Shown here one piece after another: positions 19,587 through 29,895 of a DNA stretch of 64,000 nucleotides. The DNA is from an uncultured archaeon. Lineage in GTDB: Archaea > Thermoproteota > Nitrososphaeria_A > Caldarchaeales > Wolframiiraptoraceae. The notes beneath the pieces are model-generated. The model was given only the letters and a program-made list of their open reading frames with translations, was not told where the DNA came from and ran no database searches. The DNA lies in assembly GCA_938083505.1 (NCBI GenBank), contig CALKCF010000004.1:93630-157629 (forward strand), written 5' to 3'. A program made the position numbers and the translations under genes. Every line of letters starts with the position of its first letter. Position 1 is the stretch's first letter.

Positions 19587-20654
19587 TTGCCAACAGAGAA
19601 AGAAATCATTCAAATGCTTAGGGGCGTTATCGACCCAGAACTCGGTGTTGACATAGTCTCCTTGGGAATGATAAAAGACGTTAAAATAGAAAACAGCACA
19701 GTAAGAGTGACGCTGGAGCTGACGACGCCAGCTTGTCCGTTTCGTAACCAGCTAAAGGAGAAAGTCGAGAATGTTTTAAAGAGATTGACTGAAGTCTCCG
19801 AGGTCAAAGTGGATGTAGTTGCCCGCGTCGCCCCTTCAAGGATTATTAAGGATAATCCTATTCCATATGTAAAGAATATAATCGCAATCGCTAGTGGCAA
19901 GGGTGGTGTCGGCAAATCTACAGTTGCCGTAAACGTTGGCTTGGCCTTAAGCGAGTCTGGCGCAAGCGTAGGCATACTCGACGCAGACATATATGGGCCC
20001 ACAATACCTAAAATCCTTAATATTGAAATAAGCCCTACCAGTGCTGACAATAAAATATTGCCAGCAATAGCCTATAAAGGTATTAAGGTAATGTCTATAG
20101 GCTTCCTTCTACAAGATGAAGAGCCTGTGATATGGCGGGGACCGCTCGTGGCAAACACCATCAAACAGTTCTTGAGTGAGGTGGAGTGGGGCGAGCTCGA
20201 CTATCTCATAGTGGACCTTCCGCCGGGTACTGGAGATGCCTCGCTAACGCTAGCGCAGAGCATCCCCCTAACCGGAGTTGTCATAGTTAGCACACCCCAA
20301 GATGCCGCACTGAGGATAGCTATGAAGGCTCTGAATATGTTTAGAAGACTAAAAGTTGAAATAATAGGCATGGTTGAAAATATGAGCTACTTCATTTGTC
20401 CTAACTGCGGTTATGTTTCCGAAATATTCAGCAGGGGTAATGTCAAGGCTGTTTGTGAGAGGTTGGGAATAAAGTTTCTGGGAGAGGTGCCGCTAAGTCC
20501 AGACATAAGGATTAATGGTGACCTCGGGAAGCCGGTCGTGATTGCGGCACCGAAATCCGGATCAGCGGAAGCGTTCAGAAGGATAGCTTATTCGATAGCT
20601 AGTAGTGTTTCGGTTATAGCCTATAAGAGGAAAGAGACGAGTATGGGGGCTTGA
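19587..20654 (+). CDS. Mrp/Nbp35/ApbC Fe-S carrier ATPase with N-terminal DUF59 domain
   Basis: DPELG, LTTPACP, GKGGVGKS, WRGP, DLPPGTGD, CPNC. Confidence 0.95.
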   Translation: MPTEKEIIQMLRGVIDPELGVDIVSLGMIKDVKIENSTVRVTLELTTPACPFRNQLKEKVENVLKRLTEVSEVKVDVVARVAPSRIIKDNPIPYVKNIIAIASGKGGVGKSTVAVNVGLALSESGASVGILDADIYGPTIPKILNIEISPTSADNKILPAIAYKGIKVMSIGFLLQDEEPVIWRGPLVANTIKQFLSEVEWGELDYLIVDLPPGTGDASLTLAQSIPLTGVVIVSTPQDAALRIAMKALNMFRRLKVEIIGMVENMSYFICPNCGYVSEIFSRGNVKAVCERLGIKFLGEVPLSPDIRINGDLGKPVVIAAPKSGSAEAFRRIAYSIASSVSVIAYKRKETSMGA

Positions 20655-20663
20655 GGGTGCAGT

Positions 20664-21116
20664 TTGAGAAAAAAAGAGCTACCTCTGCCAGGAGTTTATA
20701 AAAAAGAAGAACTCGACTTATGGAAACTCCTACCAATGATGCAGGATGTGTTCTCAGACGGGAGCTCTGGAGCTATCGTTAGCTTCTTGGGCATCGTTAA
20801 GTCCATCGGTAGCAACGGTAAAAGGGTTAGGCATTTAGAGATAGAGGCATATGACAGACATGCAAACCCTGTGATTCGTACGATATGCGAAGAGACGAAA
20901 GAGAAATTCAATCTAGAATTTGTTGGTATATGGCACCTAAAAGGCAGTTTTAAGGTAGGCGAACCCCTTGTATTAGTAGTTATAGCAGGTAAGAGTAGAG
21001 AGGGGGTTTTTCCAGCTTTAGACGAGGCTGTTAATAGGTACAAGACAGAGCCCGCGCTTTTTAAAAAAGAGGTCTACGAAGATGGGACCTATGCGTGGCT
21101 TAGCACAGAACATTGA
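20664..21116 (+). CDS. moaE: Molybdopterin synthase catalytic subunit
   Basis: GAIVSFLGIV, LEIEAY, FKKE...W. Confidence 0.9.
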   Translation: MRKKELPLPGVYKKEELDLWKLLPMMQDVFSDGSSGAIVSFLGIVKSIGSNGKRVRHLEIEAYDRHANPVIRTICEETKEKFNLEFVGIWHLKGSFKVGEPLVLVVIAGKSREGVFPALDEAVNRYKTEPALFKKEVYEDGTYAWLSTEH

Positions 21117-21145
21117 TGGGCATCATTAGCAAATTATGAACAATC

Positions 21146-21637
21146 TTATTTAGATTTAGCAAACTGAGGTAGTAAGACCCTGACGAGTCTCTCCTCACCA
21201 GCCATGACATGATAGCTCGGCGACCTAACCTTCTTATCTCCCACGAATACGTGACCGTGAACTATCAGTTGCCTTGCGTGATATACTGATGCAGCCATTC
21301 CGAGCCTATAAACAACTGTTTGTAACCTTCTCTCTAAAAAGTCCCTAACAGTAAGCTTTAGTACGTCGTCTAGTGTGGCCGTAGGAGGTAAAACGCCAAG
21401 CCTTGCCAGTTTTCCTATAAGCACCCCTTCTTTCATCTTCCTCTCTTCGCCGCTAAGAACGAAGAGGGACCTAGCTATTGTCCTGTACTTCCTGAGGATT
21501 GCTACCGTCCTCCAAAGTTCTCTCTTATTCCTTAACCCATACTCACCCAAGAGCTTCAATTCTTCTGCTAAAACGTCAGCCCTCCAAGGATGTCTTGGCG
21601 TTTCATACTTCTTACGATGTCTCTTAGGGTCTCCCAT
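21146..21637 (-). CDS. rps4: 30S ribosomal protein uS4
   Basis: MGDPK...PRHPW, YGLRNKRELW, LERRLQT, ARQLIVHGH. Confidence 0.98.
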   Translation of the reverse strand: MGDPKRHRKKYETPRHPWRADVLAEELKLLGEYGLRNKRELWRTVAILRKYRTIARSLFVLSGEERKMKEGVLIGKLARLGVLPPTATLDDVLKLTVRDFLERRLQTVVYRLGMAASVYHARQLIVHGHVFVGDKKVRSPSYHVMAGEERLVRVLLPQFAKSK

Positions 21638-21723
21638 ACCTACAGGCTAGACTTTATTGTCCTATTTTTAGCTTTCGTAGGATCAAAGGAAGAGGTTTAT
21701 ACGACCCCGTTCTACTACATACC

Positions 21724-22032
21724 ATGACTTATAGCTCGTTAAGATCCCTTGCAAGTTTTCAGAACTTATTCAAAGAACTCTACATTTCTAGGGATTTAAG
21801 TAGAGGTGCCGACAAGACTCTGCTCTGGTTGGTATCAGAGTTGGGTGAGTTGAGCGATGCTTATCTGAAGCAGGATTTAAATGCCATGAAGGAAGAAGTA
21901 GCTGACGTATTCGCATGGCTTTGTAGCTTTTGCAACTTGCTTAACATAGACCTCGAAGAGGCTGTCTTAAAAAAGTATGGCAACGGGTGTCCTAGGTGCT
22001 CCTCGTCACCATGTAGGTGTCCAATAAGATAA
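21724..22032 (+). CDS. MazG-like nucleotide pyrophosphohydrolase
   Basis: WLVSELGEL, EEVADVFAWL, C-terminal CPRC...PCRC. Confidence 0.9.
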   Translation: MTYSSLRSLASFQNLFKELYISRDLSRGADKTLLWLVSELGELSDAYLKQDLNAMKEEVADVFAWLCSFCNLLNIDLEEAVLKKYGNGCPRCSSSPCRCPIR

Positions 22033-22068
22033 GGAAATTAAATCCCTTTTAACAAAATCTTGTTAGGG

Positions 22069-23311
22069 TTGCTACGCGAGTACGAGATTAGTGAGCTTGA
22101 GATAAAGAGAGAGCAGGGGAATTTCTGCCCAGTCTGCAAACAAAGGCAGGCTTTCCGAATGTAGGCCCACTATATGTCCTTTCGTTAAGAAGTTGTCTGC
22201 TTGGATACCTACAGAAAGGTTTCAAGATAGGGTAGTATTTGGAGCAAGCCCACCAACGGTGTTGGTGGGTGAGTGGGGGTATCCAAAGGTAAACATCGGT
22301 CCTGCCGTTTCCGTTATGGAAAAGGACTTTGCAGGATTGTTAGACGTTTATGAAAAGTGGTTAGATTTTCCCATAGAAGAACTCCTGCTTATGAGGCTCA
22401 GCCTACTTCACGGTAAGAAAAAGGTCAGCGTTACCGCATCAAGAATGCCGAGTAGGTTTATCGAATCTTTTCAAGAGTTGGCAACGTCCTCAACACCAGT
22501 GGATACTGAGATGGAGCTTGAGAGCAAACCCGCATTGAAGCCCCTATTTTACATAAGAGAACCCCCCATAGGCCCCTCGGCGCCGCTTCTGAAGTTGAGA
22601 ATTGTAGAAAACCCTAGTGTTCCAAGGGTTGTAGAAAAGGTAGTAGGGGATACAGATTTGAAGGCGGCAAATGCCGTTATAACAATGTATCGTTCCGGCA
22701 TTAGGCAAGAACAGATAACTCGGCTCCTTTCAATCGGCCTCCTTGGTGCAAAGAATGAGAGGAAGATTGTTCCTACAGAGTGGAGCATAACGGCAGTTGA
22801 TGATATAATCGGTAAGACACTTAGAAAAGAGGTTATGAAGAATCCCTTAGTAAACTATTACGAGATTTACGGGTTTGAGGCCCTGTATAATAGGGTTTAC
22901 ATACTCCTGCTTCCGTTAAAGTGGATGTTTGAGGTTCTCGAATACTGGCATAGTATGCCTAGTATGCTTCCTTACTCAGACCATGAATTACCCGGTTTCC
23001 CAGAGAAGTATCCTGAAAATATCGGTGGCGTATATCACGCGACAAGGCTCCCAGTACTGGAGCATCTATCAGCCAGGAGGAAGCAAGCGGCAGCTCTTGT
23101 TTTTATCGAGGTATTCCCTGGATGGTTGCCGCTTGGTGTTTGGAGGCTTAGAGAGATAAGCAGGAAGGCCCTTAGTAGGCAATATGCTAAGACAGGTAGT
23201 CTAGATGAGGCTCTGTCACTCCTATCGACAAGGCTGAAGCTTCCCATCGAAAAGTGGATAAGGGCAAGCTGGTTGCTGGATTTCTTGAAAAATCAGACCA
23301 GGTTAGAATGA
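22069..23311 (+). pseudogene. nreA: NreA DNA-repair protein with a 4-bp duplication frameshift near 22140
   Basis: CPVCK|GRLSEC...CP zinc finger split by tandem CAAA; GASPP, VPTEWSITAVDD, PLGVW; C-terminal PIP-like QTRL. Confidence 0.8.
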
Positions 23312-23411
23312 AGGAGAAAAGTCGTTTTACCCTAAGAATGTTCGGTAATAGAAGAAAAGGAAGCGGTTTATATTAGTATAGAATTCGTAAAGGCGGAAAC
23401 GGTGCATACAA

Positions 23412-23843
23412 ATGCCCAAGAAACCCAAAGATGCGCTCTCACCAAAATACAAAGCAAGGGTCGGTTATGAGAGTGAGTATGCTTTAGTCAAAAAATTGGT
23501 CGGAAAAGGATGGCCTGGATGGTATGCTGTGAGGACTCCTGGAAGCGGAAGCGGAAAGATGGCAAAGCCGGACATCATAGCAGTCGAGAATGGAGAGCTG
23601 TACGCAATAGAGGTTAAGTCAAGCAGGAAACCTTACGTTATGTTAAACAAAGAGCAGGTTAAGAGACTCCTCGAGTTTTGCAGAATGTTTCGTTTAAGGT
23701 GCCCTCACTGTGGAAGAGAATTTGCAGCAAAACCCGTCTTGGCAGTCAGGTTTATGGGTTATGGATGGGAATTCGTTGAAATTCCAAATAATGCAGAGCA
23801 CCCTATTATAATAAAACGAAGACCTAAAGAGCTAGGTTCCTGA
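23412..23843 (+). CDS. Hjc/Hje-family Holliday junction resolvase
   Basis: G..E..L, RTPGSG, PDIIA, IEVKS PD-(D/E)XK motifs; CPHC insertion. Confidence 0.85.
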   Translation: MPKKPKDALSPKYKARVGYESEYALVKKLVGKGWPGWYAVRTPGSGSGKMAKPDIIAVENGELYAIEVKSSRKPYVMLNKEQVKRLLEFCRMFRLRCPHCGREFAAKPVLAVRFMGYGWEFVEIPNNAEHPIIIKRRPKELGS

Positions 23844-24257
23844 TACGTTTTTTCTTGTTTGTAGTTGCTTATAATGTCCCCTTTTTGGTACCTGGTTAAG
23901 CTTTATCACCTTTTCCTCCTCGGCTGGTCTTCTAAAGACCCTTCTCTCAACTTCGCCAAGCTCTATGAGCAAAGGGCTGAGAAAATGGCTGAGCGATGGC
24001 GAATTTTTGACCCATTTCCGCTCAGAGGGTTTTGATAGATACCCTATCTGGACGAGAGCCTGGAGTAGATTCGATACACTCCTTCTCTTCTTCCTGTCTT
24101 TAGTAATCTCTGTTGGTAGAAGTTCTGCTACCTGTGTTAAAGTAAACGGTTGAACGTCTATGTTTGCTATGGCAGCCAAAATCATCTCAACATCCTCCGG
24201 CGTTAGTAACCTTGTTTTCCAACTAAGCATTGTGACTATTGGATGGAACTCACCCAT
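23832..24257 (-). CDS. Hypothetical winged-helix-like protein
   Basis: FTLTQVAELL...VSNLLQALVQIGYL..W pattern. Confidence 0.6.
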   Translation of the reverse strand: MGEFHPIVTMLSWKTRLLTPEDVEMILAAIANIDVQPFTLTQVAELLPTEITKDRKKRRSVSNLLQALVQIGYLSKPSERKWVKNSPSLSHFLSPLLIELGEVERRVFRRPAEEEKVIKLNQVPKRGHYKQLQTRKNVSGT

Positions 24258-24266
24258 CGTGTCGCT

Positions 24267-25736
24267 CTACCTCTTATAGAGCTTAAGTATGATGTCCGGG
24301 TCTATGATGTTTGCTCTATTACATGAGGGGCATATCATCTTTATAGTTTCTCCTTTACTTTTTAGTTCCATTAGTTCCTCAGTAGTGGGTAGCCAGACTG
24401 AAGTTCCAGCCCTACAGTATCTGCATATTATCTTCGCCTTTTTATCGCTCGGCACCTTAGGAACCTTTTCTCCTGTAACCGTTTTTACCAAGAAAGTTGT
24501 CTGTTCAACACCCTTCGGCATTCCGGCAGACACTTCAGTCTGCATGGATTTGAGGATATTCTTTAGGGACTGTAACTCTTCCTCTAACTTTGCCCTTTTC
24601 TCTACCAAGCTTTCAAATTGTTTTTCTAATCTCTCGAAAACCCACTTCGGAACAAATTCGCCGGAAAGAGCCGGTATGACCAATTCCACCAGTCTTTTTC
24701 TTGCTTTCTCGAGCAGATGTCCTTCCAGTGGCTTCAACATCGAGAGCTCACCACGTTTTATCTTCAGTATGTTATTCAATTGTTGGATGATTGCTTCTAT
24801 GTCCTCCGGTTGGGTATTTTTAGGATCGGAAAGTAGTGTAAGCAAGGATCTTGTGGCATTTAGCTCATCTTCCAGCTCCTTGATGTTTGTTTGCTTCTTT
24901 GATATCTCCTCATCCAGCCTTTTTAACTCCTCTCTTTTCTTTTCTATTGCTGAAAGCAATTCCTTTATGGTGCCCTTTACTTCAAGCAATGAGGAGTACT
25001 CAGCGTAAAGGGCCTCGTGTAGTCTTTTCAGTTCATCAACTTCCTGTCTTAGGTTATCACGCTGAACTCTTAACTCTTCTAAAGCAGACCTTATCATAGC
25101 TACATCCGATTCGACGTTAAGGAGCTCAGCACACTCGCCAAGGAGAGAGTTCCGTTTCGCGTCAGCCTCATTTACCAGCTTCTCAACTTCTTTCAACTTC
25201 CGCTCTAGCTCTGCTATCCGTTTACTTAAGTCGTCAGCCCTGATCGCTTGCTCGATCACTTCATTTGGGTCGCCCTGCATGTTCTTTATTGAATTCAATA
25301 CGACAACAAGTCTCTCAATATCGTCTAGACCCAACTTGAATTGTTCTAAAACCGAGATTAGGGAATTAACCTTGTTCACCATCTCCAAGGTGAGCTTTTT
25401 TTGTTGCATATAAATCTCAAGGTCTTCCTCAAGTCTTGCCCTCTTCTTTTTCAGATCGTCTATTGCATACTCTATAGTTACGAGCTCCCTTGCCTTCTTC
25501 TCGTACTCTTTTAACAGGGCGCCTATACTCTTCCCAGTCTCCTTTTCCAGCTTTCTTAGCCTAGTCATAGCGGCAACGTAGTACCTAATCTTTGATGGCT
25601 CCTTTGCGACGTTTTCGACGACGTCAAGGAAGTCTTCTAGCTTCTGCAGTGAAACACCAGCCTTATCTAATTGGTGCAATAATTCTTCTGCTTTATGGAT
25701 AGGCTCGCTTTCCCTAAAGACTCTTTCCTCTCTCAA
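24267..25736 (-). CDS. Long coiled-coil protein with C-terminal zinc ribbon
   Basis: About 350 aa of E/K/L-rich heptads; CRYC...CPSC; no Walker motifs. Confidence 0.75.
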   Translation of the reverse strand: MREERVFRESEPIHKAEELLHQLDKAGVSLQKLEDFLDVVENVAKEPSKIRYYVAAMTRLRKLEKETGKSIGALLKEYEKKARELVTIEYAIDDLKKKRARLEEDLEIYMQQKKLTLEMVNKVNSLISVLEQFKLGLDDIERLVVVLNSIKNMQGDPNEVIEQAIRADDLSKRIAELERKLKEVEKLVNEADAKRNSLLGECAELLNVESDVAMIRSALEELRVQRDNLRQEVDELKRLHEALYAEYSSLLEVKGTIKELLSAIEKKREELKRLDEEISKKQTNIKELEDELNATRSLLTLLSDPKNTQPEDIEAIIQQLNNILKIKRGELSMLKPLEGHLLEKARKRLVELVIPALSGEFVPKWVFERLEKQFESLVEKRAKLEEELQSLKNILKSMQTEVSAGMPKGVEQTTFLVKTVTGEKVPKVPSDKKAKIICRYCRAGTSVWLPTTEELMELKSKGETIKMICPSCNRANIIDPDIILKLYKR

Positions 25737-25823
25737 GGACTTTTCTCTCGAATTTATTTAACCATAAAATATAAAAAAATTATTGTTACTCAAGAACAGG
25801 CTGAATGACCGCCTTAATACTCT

Positions 25824-25892
25824 AGTATCAGTTCCTGCACAGATTCTTCATCGTTACGCGGTAACTCCGAAATACCCGCTTTCATCATCTGT
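25824..25892 (-). ncRNA. C/D-box sRNA with an internal hairpin
   Basis: C ATGATGA, D' CGGA, GTTAC-CGC-GTAAC hairpin, C' ATGAAGA, D CTGA; 12-13-nt guides. Confidence 0.75.
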
Positions 25893-25964
25893 AACAGAGG
25901 TGTATAGCAGTCACTAATTAGCGTTTCAGTCTTAGATATCGGCACTACCCTTTGCCTTTGTTTT

Positions 25965-26390
25965 CTACTTTTGTTTACCTCTTCTTCCTGTCTGAAACCT
26001 TCGTCCTCGTGGTCTGCTAAAACCCTCTTCACGAGGCATAGCCTTTGCTGAAAGGTTATTTTCTACGTTTATATTTGGAATTTTTTCATCGACAACCTCT
26101 ATCGAACCGTATCTTCCAAGGTTTAATTGCATAAAACCCTTGAACGGCTTTACGAAAGCGTTAGTGATCATAACCACGTCTCCTTCGTTTACTTTGTCTA
26201 TATTTTCGTCCCAAAGAACCAGCGTTATAGCACCGGTCTCGTCAGCGATCAGTGCCTCGTTAAGTTTATGCTCCCTTTGGTCAAACTTTGAAGCTACGAA
26301 CTTCTCCTCGCCTTTTTTTACAACCTTCGCAAGAAGGTTTACCGAACGCGACCACGGGTTCAGGTTACCGATTTTTACTAACCCGCTCAA
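25965..26390 (-). CDS. ssb: Single-OB-fold single-stranded DNA-binding protein
   Basis: IADETGAITLVLWD, LNLGRYG; basic flexible tail. Confidence 0.9.
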   Translation of the reverse strand: MSGLVKIGNLNPWSRSVNLLAKVVKKGEEKFVASKFDQREHKLNEALIADETGAITLVLWDENIDKVNEGDVVMITNAFVKPFKGFMQLNLGRYGSIEVVDEKIPNINVENNLSAKAMPREEGFSRPRGRRFQTGRRGKQK

Positions 26391-26468
26391 CCTCTTTTAC
26401 CACGCTTTTTTGGCAATAGGTTTGATGGGCCGTATTTAAGTGTTTGTGATCCTGCAAGAGTGTCTGAT

Positions 26469-28061
26469 TCAATCGGAGTGCAGGTATGGTTCGAGCAACC
26501 TAAGAACTTCGTCTTTACCTATGTCGAACAAATAGGGGCCTAGTCTTGGACCCCTGGGTATGCCTAAGAATATTTCGTAAAGCTTTCTGAAGAATTGCCG
26601 GGGTTCTATTCTGTTGGAACGGGCGAGCTCGAATATACTGTGCTGGAGTTCATCTGGAGTGTTAACCTCGCGTATCTTCGATACCAGTTGTCTGAGCGCC
26701 AACTTCTCATTCTTGCTCAACTCCACCAGACCTCTCTTTAACCTACCGAATTTATGTGCATAATTTATCGCTAGCCTGGCCCTCCTCAGCACCTCCTCGT
26801 CAACTTTGTAACCGTACTTTATGAGTCTAGAGATTACGAATTCCTCGACCCTTCCTTGGGGGGCAAAGCTGGCTAACTCCACGAGCAGGTTATAGGGAAC
26901 ATGCGTCTTGGGTTTGCTTGGCGGTCTAAGGTGATGAATGTACTCGTACAGTCCCTTTAGACGCATTTCAGCCGTTTTTGTAGTAGCTCTTTGCTTACCG
27001 AAGTAAATGTCTTCTATGTAGTCAACTTCGTCCATTAACTTAGGTATGCTCTTATATGATAATCTCCTAGTTCCAGTATATCTTTTATACAAAAGAAGGA
27101 GCAAACTCTCTGGCGTCCCATATTTCAGCCACTCCTGCGGTGTAAAGACGTTACCTGCGGATTTAGATATCTTCCTCCCATGTTCGTCCAAAAACATCTC
27201 GTATCTGATATGATAAGGCGGCACGAAGTTTAAAATACGTTCAGCTACCAAGTCGTTCACCTTAACGGAATCTGCTATGTCTTTCCCGTAAGCCTCAAAC
27301 CTTATGTCAAGCCTAGCCCACCTAGCAGCAAACTCTACTTTCCAGGCCAGCTTCCCATCAGCCTTCCTTATGTCCGCCTCTCCTTCATATCCGCACCCTT
27401 CTATCTTCTTACCCTTTATTTCAACACCTTCACATCTGTATTTTACGATGAACCTTTTTTGATCGTACTCATAGGCATTTGCCGTGTATATCCTTCCACA
27501 TTCTTTGCATATAGGAAAGTACGGAAGAACCTTTAGGAATTTGTCCTGACCTACTGTTTCGTATATTATGTAACCTATAGTGGACGAGTTCCTTAGAATT
27601 TTATCTATCACATTGGCCAGCATTCCCCCTTCGTAAACTTTTTTTGCCGAAAAGAATTTGTACTCTATGTTAATCGCGTCGAGAGCGTCCCTCAGCATAC
27701 CGCTCATATGCTCGCTATAGGAATTATGACAACCGAATGGGTCTGGTATATGAGACACGGGTTTTAGCAAGTATTCTTGGAGCCAAGGGGGCATATCAGA
27801 AGGTACTCTCCTCAAACCGTCCATGTCGTCCGCAAAAGTCACAGTTTCAGAATTGTAACCAAGGTTTTTGAGGGCCAGCGTTACACCATAAGCCCTTACA
27901 GCATCTGATAGGCTTCCAATATGCGGTATTCCTGAGGCGCCAAGACCGCTTTCAGTTCTTATCATGCTTAGGTCTCTACCTAAATAGACTTCGCGCTCAA
28001 TTATCTTGTTGGCTACTGCATCTAGCCATGTTCCTTTTCCGATTATCTCGTTCTTTTTCAT
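26469..28061 (-). CDS. lysS: Class I lysyl-tRNA synthetase
   Basis: SGIPHIG, KLAWKVEF, KISKSAGN, GPRLG. Confidence 0.97.
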   Translation of the reverse strand: MKKNEIIGKGTWLDAVANKIIEREVYLGRDLSMIRTESGLGASGIPHIGSLSDAVRAYGVTLALKNLGYNSETVTFADDMDGLRRVPSDMPPWLQEYLLKPVSHIPDPFGCHNSYSEHMSGMLRDALDAINIEYKFFSAKKVYEGGMLANVIDKILRNSSTIGYIIYETVGQDKFLKVLPYFPICKECGRIYTANAYEYDQKRFIVKYRCEGVEIKGKKIEGCGYEGEADIRKADGKLAWKVEFAARWARLDIRFEAYGKDIADSVKVNDLVAERILNFVPPYHIRYEMFLDEHGRKISKSAGNVFTPQEWLKYGTPESLLLLLYKRYTGTRRLSYKSIPKLMDEVDYIEDIYFGKQRATTKTAEMRLKGLYEYIHHLRPPSKPKTHVPYNLLVELASFAPQGRVEEFVISRLIKYGYKVDEEVLRRARLAINYAHKFGRLKRGLVELSKNEKLALRQLVSKIREVNTPDELQHSIFELARSNRIEPRQFFRKLYEIFLGIPRGPRLGPYLFDIGKDEVLRLLEPYLHSD

Positions 28062-28129
28062 CAAGCAAAGCTTCATAATGGAACGAGCCTTAAAAGTTTT
28101 AGCTTTAGGGTAAATAAGCACATCAACTA

Positions 28130-28987
28130 CTAGAAAAGTTGAGCAACCACACTCATGGAAGCTTCGTCAAAGCGGACAGAAAAACCTGCCTCTCTAAGCC
28201 TTCTCATCACACCTACCCAGAGCTTTATTCCCCTTTTTATTCCAGGCTGACCTACATAATGAATCAAAATCCCGTCTGGTTTTAAGACTTTGGCAAGTTT
28301 CTTATAAAACTCTAAACTGTAAAGGTGACCTGCAAGGGAAAACCGTGGCGGGTCATGTATTATAACGTTAAATTCCCTCTCAAAAGTGTCAACGACTTCG
28401 TACACATCACCAAGGATCACCTCAACATTTTCACTAGCTAAATTCCTTGACCAAGGATTTATCCTAGCAAGCTCTAACACGTTCTTATCTACCTCCACCG
28501 TGATTACGGAGGCTGCACCTCTTGAGATAGCACTTATGGCCGTGTAGCCTAGACCCATACAAGTATCCAGAACGCGCTTACCGCGAAAGCTTTTCACATT
28601 CCTAAGCTTAAGCCTTGTATCTTCATCCGGTGTGACATCTTTTATCCTATGCATATGTATGCCGTCGATCTCAAGCGTTGGTGGTTTTCCCCACTTCACT
28701 ATTACGAGCTTATAAAAGTGCTCGCCGACTATTACTGCCGGCTTCACGTCTCTTGCTCTTAAAATGTACACGTCTCGTGGCCTTTTCGCAGACTCCTCGA
28801 TGACCTTCCAATCTACAAACCTCCCACTAACTTCTACACCTGTCTCCGTCAACCTGCATGACTTTTTTGATATTGCAAGGTCAAAAGAAACCGCAACCTC
28901 GGAAAGACTGCGCCTTTTAGCATCGAGTAGCTCCTTTGCTACTGGCTCGGCAAGTAATGGCTCATCGAGGGGGTCGAACTTCATCAT
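28130..28987 (-). CDS. Archaeal class I SAM-dependent methyltransferase
   Basis: PTLEIDGIHMH, VLDTCMGLGYTA, HDPPRF; start revised to 28987 to avoid overlap with dtdA. Confidence 0.85.
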   Translation of the reverse strand: MMKFDPLDEPLLAEPVAKELLDAKRRSLSEVAVSFDLAISKKSCRLTETGVEVSGRFVDWKVIEESAKRPRDVYILRARDVKPAVIVGEHFYKLVIVKWGKPPTLEIDGIHMHRIKDVTPDEDTRLKLRNVKSFRGKRVLDTCMGLGYTAISAISRGAASVITVEVDKNVLELARINPWSRNLASENVEVILGDVYEVVDTFEREFNVIIHDPPRFSLAGHLYSLEFYKKLAKVLKPDGILIHYVGQPGIKRGIKLWVGVMRRLREAGFSVRFDEASMSVVAQLF

Positions 28988-29024
28988 AGATATGGTTAAA
29001 GCTAGGCTATTTAAGCAGAATTTT

Positions 29025-29840
29025 GTGATAAAAGCGAAGGCAGCAATATTGACGTCCACAAAGGACACAGCATCTATGCTTGTTAGGAAAATCCTGTTAG
29101 AAAATTTTGGATTTAAAGAATCTGATTGGTTTTTTAACAGTAATCCTGTCTTTATTAAAAATGACATAATTCTTGTGACACTTGACATGCCACTAATCCA
29201 TGCGGAAGGTGTAGACAAAACGTTAGATGTATCCCTTATCGTAGCTGCCTCAAAGCATGTATCGAAGAGTGGTATAAATGCGCTACTCACACACCCTGTC
29301 GGAAATTGGGGCTCAGATATACGTCAAGGCGGTATGGCATTTAAGCTCTCTAGAACGTCTTGCGCAGCTCTCACAGCATCTTTACTAACGCTCTATGAAG
29401 ATTCGGGCTCTTTACGGAGCTGGTCCGTCGGTCTTGAAGTAACGCACCATGGTCCATTTAGCACAAAGCCCTTAATATTCGTGGAATTTGGGGGCCCGGA
29501 GAACGAACTAAATAACGTTAGTGCAGCAGAGGCTGTGGCAGCCGCGGCGATTGCTGCCATCGAAAGACCAAGGCTTTTGGAACCTGCTGTAGGGTTTGGA
29601 GGTGGGCATTATGCCCCACTATTTACAAAACTTGTGCTTTCAGGTGAGTATTCATTTGGCCACATGCTACCGAAATACGCATTTCCAGTAACTAGGGAGA
29701 TAATATTACAGGCCTTTGAAATGACGGTTGAAAAACCTGATGTGGCTGTCATAGACTGTAATGGTATTCCTGCTACAGACCGACAAGCGCTTCAATCTAT
29801 TTTGGAGAAGCTTGAAAAAAAGGTAGCGAAGAAAAAGTGA
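29025..29840 (+). CDS. dtdA: D-aminoacyl-tRNA deacylase (archaeal DTD2)
   Basis: SKH, THPVGNWG, EVTHHGP, GFGGGHYAP, GHMLPKY; start approximate. Confidence 0.9.
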   Translation: MIKAKAAILTSTKDTASMLVRKILLENFGFKESDWFFNSNPVFIKNDIILVTLDMPLIHAEGVDKTLDVSLIVAASKHVSKSGINALLTHPVGNWGSDIRQGGMAFKLSRTSCAALTASLLTLYEDSGSLRSWSVGLEVTHHGPFSTKPLIFVEFGGPENELNNVSAAEAVAAAAIAAIERPRLLEPAVGFGGGHYAPLFTKLVLSGEYSFGHMLPKYAFPVTREIILQAFEMTVEKPDVAVIDCNGIPATDRQALQSILEKLEKKVAKKK

Positions 29841-29895
29841 TTTCGTAAAAGGTACAGCAAACTTTTATTATCGCATATTCATAAGGGCTGAGTAA

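Noticed and set aside
24289-25008. 239-aa plus-strand ORF (and similar long antisense ORFs such as 43328-44218, 37095-37676, 45977-46483)
   Set aside because: Ser/Phe/Pro-rich shadows antisense to well-supported genes, with no motifs
25814-26032. 72-aa minus-strand ORF
   Set aside because: Overlaps the ssb 3' end out of frame and is better explained by the C/D sRNA at 25824-25892
28764-29290. Apparent 500-bp head-to-head overlap of the methyltransferase and dtdA
   Set aside because: Artefact of longest-ORF start choice; downstream starts (28987 and ~29025) remove it
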